A DNA stretch of 64,000 bases, taken from Podarcis tiliguerta. Taxonomy: Eukaryota. A program made the translations under genes and the position numbers. Shown in pieces: positions 1-11,560 of the stretch; position 1 is the first letter of the stretch; each line of letters opens with the position of its first letter. The stretch is from NCBI GenBank assembly GCA_965153285.1, contig OZ229115.1. One strand, written 5' to 3'. A model generated the notes under the pieces. It worked only from the letters and a program-made list of their open reading frames with translations. It did no database searches and had not been told where the DNA came from.

Positions 1-823
1 AGGTTTGTTGAAGAATACTCTGGGCTTCAAAGTATTAAATGCATCTGACTTGACGACAAAGCATTTTGAGGAAGCAAAATTTCTGTGAATGCAACTGGGT
101 GAAAGCAGGCAGGTGAATGAAACAAAGACTGATAGTCTTAGTAGTCTGTGAAAAGTTGCACTTGTCATGTTAGCCTATTATGTGACTTTGCTCAGCTTCG
201 TGCCACTTCCTCAGAGTCATCTGAACAGATAACGTGCCTTTGATTGCTGATTTCTTGGGCTACTGTCCCTTTTCTTTCTTAGCGCACTTTGAACTTCAGC
301 TGAGAAAAATTAATTCTCAAACAGATTCCCCTATGTTTAAAAAATAAAACAAAAATTCAAATCGATATTCTAATTTATTTTTAAACATTTCTGATTATGG
401 ATGTTATTAGATCTTGAGGCTTTTAAACATATGCAAAAGTAGAGAAAAGTGTCCTCTTCCTCAAATATAAAGTTCAGAAGCACTATTTGAAAATGTTTCA
501 AATTAAGATTATGACATTTTCTCGAACTTTAAAATAGTGCAAAATTGTAATTTTGGTCTAGTTGCAACATTTTGCCAATGTTTATAACATCACGGGAAAT
601 AACATTTACATTAAAAACACCCTAAACCAAATGTACCCCAAACATTAATAAGAGGGCATATACATACTCTCCAACATCCCTCAGAAAATAGGGACATTCT
701 ATAATTAACCCATTTTGAGCATTTAATACTGTTTTAATATGTCTCAGCATAGCTTACTTCATAACCCACTTAAATCTGGACTGCAGCCCAACTGAAGTCC
801 TGTTATTGCCAATGATGTGTAAT

Positions 824-973
824 CAGTGCTTTTCTTCTGGGGGAGATGCAGGGGTACGCATACCCCTAAACATTTTGTGAATCTAATTTTGGCCTTACTG
901 AAGGGCAGTATTTCAGTACGAGTAGGAAAATGAGAGTACCCCTAAACATTTTTTTTAAAGAAAAAAAGCACGG
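824..973. mobile_element. hAT-type MITE
   Basis: TIR CAGTGCTTTT...AAAAGCACGG; perfect 8-bp TSD TGTGTAAT (816-823 / 974-981). Confidence 0.85.
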
Positions 974-1644
974 TGTGTAATAAACTGATAATCACATGTT
1001 TCAACATAACTGGGCTATCAGGACTGGCACAGCTTTTGCTTCGTTCTGCCCCTCTCGATTTTTATTCTCTCAGTTCAGAAAGAGGAAAGTTCGTGTTATG
1101 CTTTTGAAAAATGTACCTCGCACACAGTGGAGTGTGCTAAGTTGTTATGACATCCATGATCTTAGATATACCAGTTATTAGAACATCCTTAAGAGGGTGC
1201 TGTCTCCTTAAGAATCAACAGTCCATCCCTGCCCCACACAAATGAGCACACCTTGCTTCTGCCTCAGGGAGTACTTTGTGTCCCACTAGGAGAGCCTAAC
1301 TGCTGAATTGACAGGGCTGAAAGAACAGACACCCGTACAGTGGTGAGGCCAAGACTGAAAAGAGGCTAGGAAGAAGCCTTAGGAGTGTAAGAGTTTGGAG
1401 CTCATAAAAATAAGGCAGATCACTTTAGCATGAATATACTATCTGGAGGGAGAAGGCAAGTTTCTTCTCGCTTGTTCGATAGAGGGTGAACCCATAGCTA
1501 TGGTTTGGGGAACCTTCTTCAATCAGAACTCTCTAATTCCTCCTGGGCAATCTTCTGAGGGCCACGTGTCCTCTGTGGTGGGCATGCCAGAGTCAAAGGT
1601 AAGCTGAGCAATGAATGTAAATTCTGACTTCATACCCTAGGACA

Positions 1645-1969
1645 CATGGGTACGCAAACTAAGGCCCGGGGGCCGGATCTGGCCCAATTGCCTTCTAAAG
1701 TCCGGCCCGTGGACAGTCCGGGAATCAGTATGTTTTTACATGAGTAGAATGTTTTCTTTTATTTAAAATGCATCTCTGGGTTATTTGTGGGGCCTGCCTG
1801 GTGTTTTTACATGAGTAGAATATGTGCTTTTATTTAAAATGCATTTCTGGGTTATTTGTGGGGCACAGGAATTCTTGATTCCCCCCCCAAAAAAAAATAT
1901 AGTCCAGCTCCCCACAAGGTCTGAGGGACAGTGGACCAGCCCTCTGCTTGAAAGGTTTGCTGACGCCTG
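1645..1969. mobile_element. hAT-Charlie-like MITE with internal ~65-bp tandem duplication
   Basis: Ends CATGGGTACGCAAAC / GTTTGCTGACGCCTG; GGCCCG motifs; CCCTAG in both flanks; duplicated unit ~1731-1793 / 1803-1864. Confidence 0.75.
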
Positions 1970-2238
1970 CCCTAGACTAGTTTCTCCACATGCTCAAACA
2001 CACCTCCCTATGCTCCGTCCAGGGAAGCAAGAGGCATTGTCAGGGTTCAAGGACATATTTCAACCAGGCAGAAAAGCTCAAGGAGGCAGCAAAGCATGGC
2101 CTGCAGGGGGTGTGGCTGGGGAAGAGCCCGGAGGACTGGATAGATAAGCTTGAAGGATATATGCAACGCAACAATATTCATGGCTTGACCATCAGTGCCT
2201 ATGGCAGGAAGATCTCTGTTCATTGAACCTGCTATTGT

Positions 2239-2560
2239 GAGCCTAGGACTTGCCGATCAGAAGGTCGGAGGTTCGAATCCCCATGAGGGGTGAGCTCCCA
2301 TTGCTCGGTCCCTGCTCCTGCCAACCTAGCAGTTCGAAAGCACATCAAAAGTGCAAGTAGATAAATAGGTACCGCTCTGGCGGTAAGGTAAACGGTGTTT
2401 CGTGCACTGCTCTGGTTCGCCAGAAGCAGCGTAGTGATGCTGGCCACATGACCCGGAAGCTGTATGCCGGCTCCCTCAGCCAATAAAGCAAGATGAGCGC
2501 CGCAACCCCAGAGTCGGCCACGACTGGACCTAACGGTCAGGGGTCCCTTTAGCTTTACCT
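2239..2560 (+). mobile_element. Sauria SINE (5'-truncated)
   Basis: B-box GGTTCGAATCC, core GTGCAAGTAGATAAATAGGTACC, Bov-B-like 3' end and degenerate (CCTTTA) tail. Confidence 0.9.
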
Positions 2561-3429
2561 AAAGTATGCCATTTCCTTTTATTCCATTTCCCCCTCTTAT
2601 TGCAATTTTTACTGAAGAACCAAACAAACCCCAAACCCTTTAACAGATGCTTCCTTCTTTTACTTTTCCGGAGAGCCACATTCTCCTCCATTCATCACTG
2701 CCTACAGTCCTGGGCCCATAAAGATTGGTGTCTCCTTTAGGTTAATTCCCGTGACTATTCCTCTGTTATTTGCACAGCATTTCATATGATAGCTTGAACT
2801 CCTGAGATTTAATGTCAGTTTCGGTAAAAGCCCCGGCAAGCCGTTTCAAAAACATGCTCATATCAATCAGCTTCCCGGAATAAAGCCTGGCTCTGTGCCC
2901 TTGGGGTGCCCTTGGGGTGCTTCGGTTTCTCCTTTGCATGCCTGCATTGTGTCTTCTATCCCTAGGTGAACTGGCTAGGCTCCCTAATGACTTCCAAAGG
3001 AAACCTGCCAAACCGCACAAAAGAGAATGAACACGGAGGTTTCCTTATTTCTTCCTGTAATCTCACAGGAGAGGAGATGACTTGGTGGCAACATCAGGGA
3101 TTGCTGCAGGGGGAGATGGCTTGCCAATTAGTTGCACAAGAGCAATGGGTGGTGGGAAAGGGACCTCACTGCAGTTTGGCTATGAATCAAGCATTCACCA
3201 CTGCCGCCATGTTCCAGCACCTGATTCATTCACAACTTGTGGGATGTGGACCCTTTTAAAATGTGCAATATGTATCCCTCCCAGGTAAAGAGCAATGCCA
3301 AACCACATATTCTTTACAGGAAGCAAGGGTGCTTCAAGACAGGAGTCTGCACTATGTGTTAGCAGCGTACCTAGCAACACCCCTGTCCCTTAGGGATGAT
3401 TATCTCAGTGCTCTGTGCCCTCAAAATGA

Positions 3430-3768
3430 GGACAGGTGTGGTCTAAACCACTGAGCCTAGGGCTTGCCAATCAGAAGGTCGGCGGTTTGAATCCCTGCGA
3501 CGGGGTGAGCTCCCGTTGCTCAGTCCCAGCTCCTGCCAACCTAGCAGTTCAAAAGCACGTCAAAGTGCAAGTAGATAAATAGGTACCGCTCCGGCGGGAA
3601 GGTAAACGGTGTTTCCATGTGCTGCTCTGGTTCACCAGAAGTGGCTTAGTCATGCTGGCCACATGACCCGGAAAAACTATCTGTGAACAAACATCAGCTC
3701 CCTTGGCACCACAACACCAGAGTCGTTCACGACTGGATTTAACTGTCAGGGGTCCTTTACCTTTACCT
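3430..3768 (+). mobile_element. Sauria SINE (internal deletion near the 3' end)
   Basis: Same core as 50299-50654; (CCTTTA)n tail. Confidence 0.9.
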
Positions 3769-3792
3769 TCTTAATCACATAGAAATAGTGGA

Positions 3793-4262
3793 GAACATAG
3801 AGAGAGCCCTGTTGGATCAGGCCCAATGCCCATCTAGTCCAAAAGTCTGGTCAAACTGTGGCTAAATAGATACAGTAGTACCTCGGGTTAAGAACTTAAT
3901 TCGTTCTGGAGGTCCGTTCTTAACCTGAAACTGTTCTTAACCTGAAGCACCACTTTAGCTAATGGGGCCTCCCACTGCTGCTGCACCGCCGGAGCATGAT
4001 TTCTGTTCTCATGCTGAAGCAAAGTTCTTAACCCGAGGTACTATTTGTGGGTTAGCGGAGTCTGTAACCTGAAGCGTCTGTAACCTGAAGCGTCTGTACC
4101 TATGGAAAGCTGGACAGGACTGCAAGAACACTCTCCCCAATTGTAGTTCCCACAACTGGTATTCAGAAGCCTACCTGCCCTGTCAGTGGAGGTAGAACAT
4201 AGTCATAATGGCAGGTAGCTATAGCTGTATCCTTCATGAATTTGTCTAATCCAGGTTGCTCA
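3793..4262 (-). mobile_element. CR1 LINE 3' end, interrupted by a Tc1/mariner MITE
   Basis: Homologous to 14312-14562, 48880-49060 and 61325-61586 (AGAGCC..CTGGATCAGGCC..CCATCTAGTCC..ATGAATTTGTCTAAT). Confidence 0.65.
3873..4098. mobile_element. Tc1/mariner (pogo/Tigger-like) MITE, one end truncated
   Basis: TA + CAGTAGTACCTCGGGTTA terminus; homologous to 20590, 31539 and 53783 copies. Confidence 0.8.
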
Positions 4263-5214
4263 TCGTCTTAGCTCTGAGGCTTTGAGCATTACCATATAAA
4301 CACTTTTCCCGCCCTCCTCCTCCTCAGTATATCTTCTTTGCTTGTGATTTTTGCTATGAGATGTTTGGTTGGTTTTCATGTTACAATGTCTAGTAATAAA
4401 AGGAGAACATGAATATAATGGGAATATTGGAGATGCGGTGGATCAGTAGGATACAGTTATCCGTGGACATAAAATCCAAGGAAGCCTTAGGAGAAAGAAC
4501 TTCACCCACAGTCATAGAATCGTGATGGATAGAGTTCTAAGCTAAAGTAATACAGTACTGGGGTTATGCTCTTGTGCCTCCTCCAACCCCGACCCAAAAT
4601 TCTAGTGATGATCTTGAGATAGACAGAAATCAGGCAGGCAGCCGAAAGGGAAAATATTGTGATAATGGGTGCCAAAGATCATCACCACCTTTGGGCAAAT
4701 GTATGTGCAGGTTATGATAAATCGGGGGGTGAGGAGGCAAGGTATGGTGGATGACTGTGCATTTTAGCAACAGAGGAAAATTTAAAAAGAGTACAATGTA
4801 AATTGATAAAGGAAAGCAAAGAAGGAATTTAAGGAGCAAATTACTAATGACACAAAGCAACTAACAAACCTTCCTTCTTAAGTAATGTGAGAAGTAAGGA
4901 AGCAACCAACCAACCAACCAACCAGGGGCAGTAAGACTTTTAGATGGCAACCAAGACATGAAAGGAGTAGTAAAGGAACACTGGGAAATGGTACAGAGGC
5001 TAAATGATTTTTCTCTCTGTGCTGGCCTTTCATGTAATTGGAAGATGTTGGAGATGCCCACATATGTACCATTGTTTTCAGAGAGGGCATCTAAGGATAT
5101 ATGTCCAATAGCGGTGAACAACGTTTAGAGCTAATTTAAAAATTGCAAATTTGAAAATCTCTTTTTCTCTCCTTCGTTGTTGTTCTTTAAATGACTTGAT
5201 TCTGTTGTTAAAGC

Positions 5215-5790
5215 AAACTGGGTAAATAGAAAGGTCTATGGACAACTGAGGCCAGATGGCATTTATTTTAAAAGTCTTAAATATCTCAAATACTAAATTG
5301 CTGATCTTTTAAGAAAAGTATACAACATCATGAAAATCACCGTCTTTACCAGAAGATTGGAAGGCAGCCAAAGTTAACACCGTTTTTTTTGTTTTGTTTT
5401 TTAATTTATCCTAAGGGGATCTGGAAAATTACTGATCTGTCAGCGTAACTTCTGTTCCAGGTAAATTGGAAGAAATTATTAAAGTCAGAATTGTTAAGCA
5501 CGTTAACAAGCCTTGCTGAGGAAAATCAACATGGCTTCCACAAAAGGCAGTCCTGCCCAACTAGCCTTTCAGAACTGTCAATGTGCGTGTAGTTAGGGCT
5601 GACCTGGTGGACATGATGTGGCTGGATTTTGTTTTGGGAAAGCTCTGTACTGAAGGCCCCTCTGTAAATTAAAGAGTCATGGAGTTTGAGGAATGGTTAA
5701 AGAACAGGAAGCAGAGGGTTGGAATAAATGGTTCGCTTACAAAATGGAGAACAGTAAGAAGCAAACAATGGAGTCTACCAAGGACTGTGT
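5215..5790 (+). mobile_element. Degenerate CR1 LINE ORF2 (reverse transcriptase) fragment
   Basis: Frameshifted motifs in CR1 RT order: PDGI, PEDWK, NY..VS.TSVPGK, NQHGF.K..SC, VD..WLDF. Confidence 0.8.
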
Positions 5791-6417
5791 GTCCACTCAT
5801 ATCACTGCCTGCATATGTGAACTGGGCCAATTCACTGTGATATCAATATGGCCCCTTACCATATTGATAGAAATCACTGAATTTGAGCACCTACAAGTCT
5901 TCTGAATTTCAAAAGCACAATCCTAGCAATATTCTAATGGCCACTGAAATGAGTGGCAATCACAGACACTGTGCTGATCCAATTTTTGAGGAAGTGTTTA
6001 CACATAATAATAAAGAAATATGAAATACAGGGATATTTGAAAATATAACAACGTATCACACAAGGAACCTTTGCATCTTAGACATTATTTTCTTTGTGTC
6101 TTTTATAAACACCAGAATTTGGTTCTGCATTAATGAAAATATATATGGAACAATGGTGTGAAATGTTGTTGTTGTTATTATACACCCTTTACCCTAAGGT
6201 CCCAGAGTAGGTTACAACAATTTAAAATACAATGTTGTGGCTAAGTATAAGGGTTCCCCATTGCTCTATGGTATAAGTAATGCTCTGATTGCTTCTGATT
6301 GTCTTTGCTTTGATTTTATGGGACTGAACTGAAGCACAGATACCACCATCTTTAGGACTTTCAGCCTAAAGATTTTTTCTGATGTAAGTCATCCCACGTA
6401 AATAACACTGCTGTCAA

Positions 6418-6444
6418 CACACACACACACACACACACACACAC
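6418..6444. repeat. (CA)n microsatellite
   Basis: Direct reading. Confidence 0.95.
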
Positions 6445-6744
6445 TGTCTTCTGGTCGCTATGCATTGTGACACTCCAAGGGGCTGTATTGTGTGATCCAA
6501 GAACTTCACTCCAAGATATAATTTGAAATATTACATATGATGTGCACAGACTTAGACCATGTGCATAGTACCTTTTCTTTCCATACAAGGAAGAGACTGT
6601 AGCCTCCAAGATCTTCCCAGAGACAGTTTTTTGTTTTTGTTTTACTGTGTAGACAGCAATCACTGCTGTCTGTGAAGTGCATTACAAATGGCTCACTTTG
6701 GATCAGACTGTTACTATTAATGCTTGCTGTTTTTTATTATTATT

Positions 6745-6808
6745 TTTATGTGTGTTGGAAGCTGCCCAGAGCGGCTGGGGCAACCCAGCCAGATGGGTGG
6801 GCAGGGTA

Positions 6809-6870
<62 letters not shown>
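6745..6870 (+). repeat. L2-type 3' tail with (TAT)n microsatellite
   Basis: GCTGCCCAGAGCGGCTGGGGCAACCCAGCCAGATGGG matches the tail of the L2 at 60609-61093; followed by ~20 TAT units. Confidence 0.8.
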
Positions 6871-6871
<1 letters not shown>

Positions 6872-8096
6872 CTTTCTCCCCTTCCTAAATGGAGGCTCTA
6901 GGAATGGAGTATATTATATATACTATTGTCTGGAAAACATATTTTCTCATATTGCCTCTTCCTAATTCCTAGCTCAGAGCTTCTGGGGATAACAGACATC
7001 CTTGGCAGAATTTCACATCTTGGTGGCAGCTTTATCTCCTTGAATGACACTTTTATGCTGGGATAGAGTTTCGCTCTCTTTTACTGGCTCTTTCCCCATT
7101 TTGTCCTTCTTGTTCTTTTGACAGTTTGATTCCATCATTAAAGTCAAGAACTGTTTTACTGGAGTGGATGCAAAGGTCTCTGGACAACTAAGGGCAAGAG
7201 CCTCTTAGTTTTGTGTTTGGAATGCTGATTTATCTCGTTTGTTATTTTTTACTAGGCCATCATATACAAAAGAAAGCTGTTTCCACCATAGTAGTTAGGC
7301 AAGGCCCCATTTGTCTGTCCCACCACACCAGCTGCTCTTGCACCTCAATGGTCCAGCAATTTATCACGGCAGGATATTGTAGTGGGCACTTCCCATGCCA
7401 TGACAGAATATATTTACCTGAAAAGGATGGAACTGTGATGGCCAACCTCAGAATCTTCACTGAGAGACTGAAGTTATTTACACCATTTCTAGCAGGGATA
7501 AGGTGGAAATAATGCAAATAGCATCAGTTTCCTTCTGGCGATTCTGAGACTGATAGTTCTAGGTTCATTTCACACAACCTGTTCCTTGAGCATTGATCCT
7601 GAGATGTTTGCATGGAGATAAGACAACTGTGGGTAATTATTGAGCATTCATTCTGATCTGTTTGCGGGGAGGTTACATGGTGTTGCATCAAGCAAATGAT
7701 GTCCCACACTGCCCAGCACATTTCTCCATCTCTTTCCTTAGTGCATAAAGTCCATGACCTGACCCAGATAGGCTTCCAGGCCCTTAGAGAGCAGGAGAGG
7801 CGGTAGGTAGCAGCAGAGCATGACTTGTGAGCACCCAGCCTGGTATTTTTTGCAAGCATTCAAATAGAGGGCTTGCAAAAAGCTCAGTTTAAATACCTAC
7901 AAAGACATTTCCTTACTCACCTCTACTCCAATCCCCCCTCCCCCCAACTTCGTAGGCTGGCATGGCCCTCTGGGTATAAGAAAGTCTGTTATGTAGCTTT
8001 GCCCAAGAAAGTTTCACCACTGACGTATTGAACTTTTCTGATTCCTCCAGTGCTAATAATATATCCAGAAAAAAGAGGCATGAGTGACAGAAAGGT

Positions 8097-8460
8097 ATGG
8101 CATAGCCATTTCCTAGCTGGCGTCATCCTTGAGGGGGGTGACAGAATGGCAGCACTTACCGCACGGCCTGGCCTGCAGCACACCTGAGCCATGCGTCTCT
8201 CCTGGGAGTGACGCGGTGGCTCGGGGCCCTGCACTGCGTGAAACGGCAGCATGGGGCTTGCGTTCGCCAGGCAGACTCTGTGGGCAGCTCGCCGCACCGC
8301 CCCCCTGGGTGGATCGCCGCACCGCACCACGGCACAGATTGCCACAGCACTCCCGTGCATGGATTGCCATGGTGCCCTCATCCGCAGCTCGCCCTGTCCC
8401 TGTGGGCGGGTTGCCTGGCCCCCGCCGCTCCAGGTGCCAGAGCAGCTAGCTATGCCCCTG
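8097..8460. mobile_element. GC/CpG-rich non-autonomous DNA element (hAT-like ends), related to 32688-32987
   Basis: Shared GTCATCC..GGGGG.GTGACA and GGTGCCAGAGCA..AGCT.TGCC.CTG segments; no TSD seen. Confidence 0.6.
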
Positions 8461-8603
8461 GCTCTAGGATGGAATAGCTGAAGAGATCAAGGCTTTCTAG
8501 ATCCTCTTGCAGAGAGATGGAACGAATACACAGAGCGTGACTATCCCACTCTTTCAGGATGGGTGATTTAGTGCTAGGTGCAAAGGAAAAGGAAACAACT
8601 TAC

Positions 8604-8675
8604 AGAGTTTCCAAGCTGTGGAGTCCTTCAAAGCCGTGGGTTCCGAGGCTGCGGATGTGGTTATTATGCAGGTGT
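8604..8675 (-). CDS. LGR6: LGR6 exon 6 (HLHNNHIRSLGTHGFEGLHSLETL)
   Basis: cctttctctctgcAG acceptor, 72 bp, CT|GTAAGT donor. Confidence 0.95.
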
Positions 8676-11233
8676 CTGCAGAGAGAAAGGAGATCCTTAG
8701 ATTCCCAACATCAGCAAACAGATTTTAATTTTTTTCATTTTGTTGCCTAGAGAAGCACTGAAAGCTAAATGCTGCCAAGGGCAAGGTGACCCTAGACAAG
8801 TGTTCACGAGTTCCCAAAGCACTCATGAACATGGCAGACAACTGAATATATTCAAAATTAATAGGGATCATTGGAAGGGAGCACACTCAGTTGTTATCTG
8901 TATGCAATAGGCCCCAGTCATCATGACTACTGATGGGGGAGGCTCCCCTATCTGGTTTCAGATTGTGTGCTCATAAAATTAGATAATCTGTACTGAATTT
9001 GGATGGGGTCCAAACTGGCTAATTTTCAAGCTCTCCCCATACCCTACTCAGACGATGCTGCCGTCATGCTTCTGATGATGTTACTTGGGTCACAATCAAG
9101 CTTGGAGGTCTCCTCACTCTCATCTCCTTTGCATGCCTCCCCACCCCCCACAAAGGCTCAATAACTTTTCTGTCCAGATTTTCACATTTTGAAATATGGC
9201 AACTCTACCTCCCCACTGCCCAGAGATAGCAGGCTTAAGGTGAACCACAGAGATCTAGTGGTCAATGGCAATCCCAGGTCTTTGGAAAATACCTGGGGAT
9301 GTTGGACCCCCCCTTAAGGAGAGGATGTGGGAGATTAGCAAATGCATATTCTTGCTAGTTAGCATGATAATACCCCTTCTTTGCGGATAGGCAGAGACTT
9401 GGATCATAGAAATACAATTGGTAAAGAGGACTCTGTGAGATGTAATTTCCCCTCTTCTCCTGGAGAGGAAGGAGCAGATAGGACTTCCTATCCCTCTCCC
9501 TTTGACCACCGTTGGCTGCAGAAATGCCTCTGCTTGCTCCAGCTTTAGGCGAATGCCTGAAGCTGGTTATACTGTAAATATAAGTATTTTGCCGGCATAG
9601 TTTTTACTTCTGCCATTACTTTGAACCAATGCAAGATTAAAAATTAATTATATTTTTAAACTTTGTTGTCTGGTTTTTTGTTAAGTGGAGTAAGAAGGGG
9701 AAAGCCACCTCACCTCGTGGCTGGGCTTCCTCAAAATCCTCTCCTACTCATTAAAACCCAACCCACAAAGGAAGCGTAGAGAGAAAAATTTGTCACTTTT
9801 AAGGGTCCAGAGCAGCCATGAGATCATTTCTGGTACGCTGGAATTTTCGCTGGCAATAGATGTCATTACAGAGCAAAAAGAGGTGGCCAACTCACTAAGG
9901 AATATTTTAGATAAGCTCATGGCCATTATATTCTTTATGATGGAACAGAGACATACTATTCTGGTCTGTAACAGCAAGCAATGTTTTGGGCAGTGACGTG
10001 ATGTAATGCAGCCCCCAGGGAGATTCCATCCAGCAGCAGGTGAAGTCAATGGCACCTTAATTGTTTGTGTTTGGTCTGGTGTCAGTGAAAAAAGAAATCC
10101 CATTCCAACTGGTCTCCGGTACTGGAGGTTTGGCAGAGAGCACAAAGCTCCATGGTAAAAGCAGCTTGAATTTACAAGGAACAGAGTAAACATGTGGTGG
10201 ATAAATGGAAGCCTATGACATCCCTGGATGTTTCTGATGAGCACTTAGAGTGTTTGCTCTTTTGCAGAAAAAGAATACTGCTTGCCTGTCTAAAGCAAGT
10301 GGGAAACAGGGAAAAGCAGATGCTTGAGAGAAAACTTGGATCCAGTCTAACTTTCAACGGAGAAGATCGATTTCATTCAAAAACTAAATCAGGAGATTAG
10401 AGCATAAAACAGTTATTCCTCCCTGACTGTAGGAAAGCAAAACCAAAAAAACCCAACCCCCCCACCCCATATCCAGATGGTTTCCTCTATCAAATTTTAT
10501 GGCGCATTTCTAGATCAGGCTGCCCTGACATCACCTTGGACCTTTACACAAAGATGACACCTGCAGTTTAAGTTGCTCTGAACGCTGGATCCCAGGCTTG
10601 GCAATCCAGAGTTCAAATATATTATAACTAGTAACACATGACATATTGCCATATTTGAAACAGTACCAAAAACTTGCACACAAACCATTGGAAAGCTTTG
10701 ATTCACCTTTCATACCTTTGATTAATTAGCAATAGGAATGGTTCTAAGTTAAATAAAGGCAAAAATGCATCTAGCAGACATAACACTTGAGTAGAATGGG
10801 TTTCCATCTGGGGGACACATTCACTCTGAACTCCACGCTCAGGTACTGAGCATGGACCAAACACACATGAAATCTTACTTGCCCAAGCTCACTTGATCAG
10901 GTAAGGAGGAAATGTAGGTGCAGGGGCAGGCCAGAGGCAAGTAAACAGGAAAAAACGAACCAATAAAAAAAAGGACCAGGTCAGGAGAAAAGTCTGCTCC
11001 AAGTATGAAGAAAGTGCAAGGTGTTCAAGGTGTTCATCTTTGGACTACGATGGGGCAACGTGAATAAGGAAAATGTGGGTTTTTATCAATTTTACATGAT
11101 GGCATGAGTGAGCCCATTGTCTTGCCTCCCCACAAACTAATCAGATTGAATGTTCAACAAACAGGTTGTCTGGAAGTGTCCTTCATTCCAACACAGGAGA
11201 AAGTGGGAATAAGGCTGTAATCCTATACACACT

Positions 11234-11560
11234 TTGTTGTTGTTTAGTTGTGCCCAACTCTTTGTGACCCCAAGGACCAAAGCACGCCAGGCACTCCTGT
11301 CTTCCACTGCCTCCCGTGGTTTGGTCAAACTCACGTTAGTAGCTTCGAGAACACTGTCCAACCATCTCGTCCTCTGCCATCCCCTTCTCCTTGTGCCCTC
11401 AATCTTTCCCAACATCAGGGTCTTTTCCAAGGAGTCTTCTCTTCTCATGAGGTGGCCAAAGTATTGGAGCCTCAGCTTCAGGATCTGTCCTTCCAGTGAG
11501 CACTCAGGGCTGATTTCCTTCAGAATGGATAGGCTTGATCTTCTTGCAGTCAATGGGACT
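11234..11560 (-). mobile_element. Bov-B (RTE) LINE 3' fragment
   Basis: Translation SILKEISPECSLEGQILKLRLQYFGHLMRREDSLEKTLMLGKIEG..WLD..WRALV; (CAA)n tail. Confidence 0.93.

Noticed and set aside
6672-6965. Poly-Ile / poly-Tyr ORFs (also 32685..33119 and 60479..60679)
   Set aside because: Translations of (TAT)n/(AAT)n microsatellites.
7989-8481. CpG island, promoter or coding ORFs in the GC-rich patch
   Set aside because: The patch shares termini and internal blocks with 32688-32987, so it is TE-derived; the overlapping ORFs reflect GC richness.
1-8603. LGR6 exon 7 (DLNYN...LQEL) within the window
   Set aside because: No matching minus-strand sequence with splice sites was found by manual scan; it is probably beyond the left edge.
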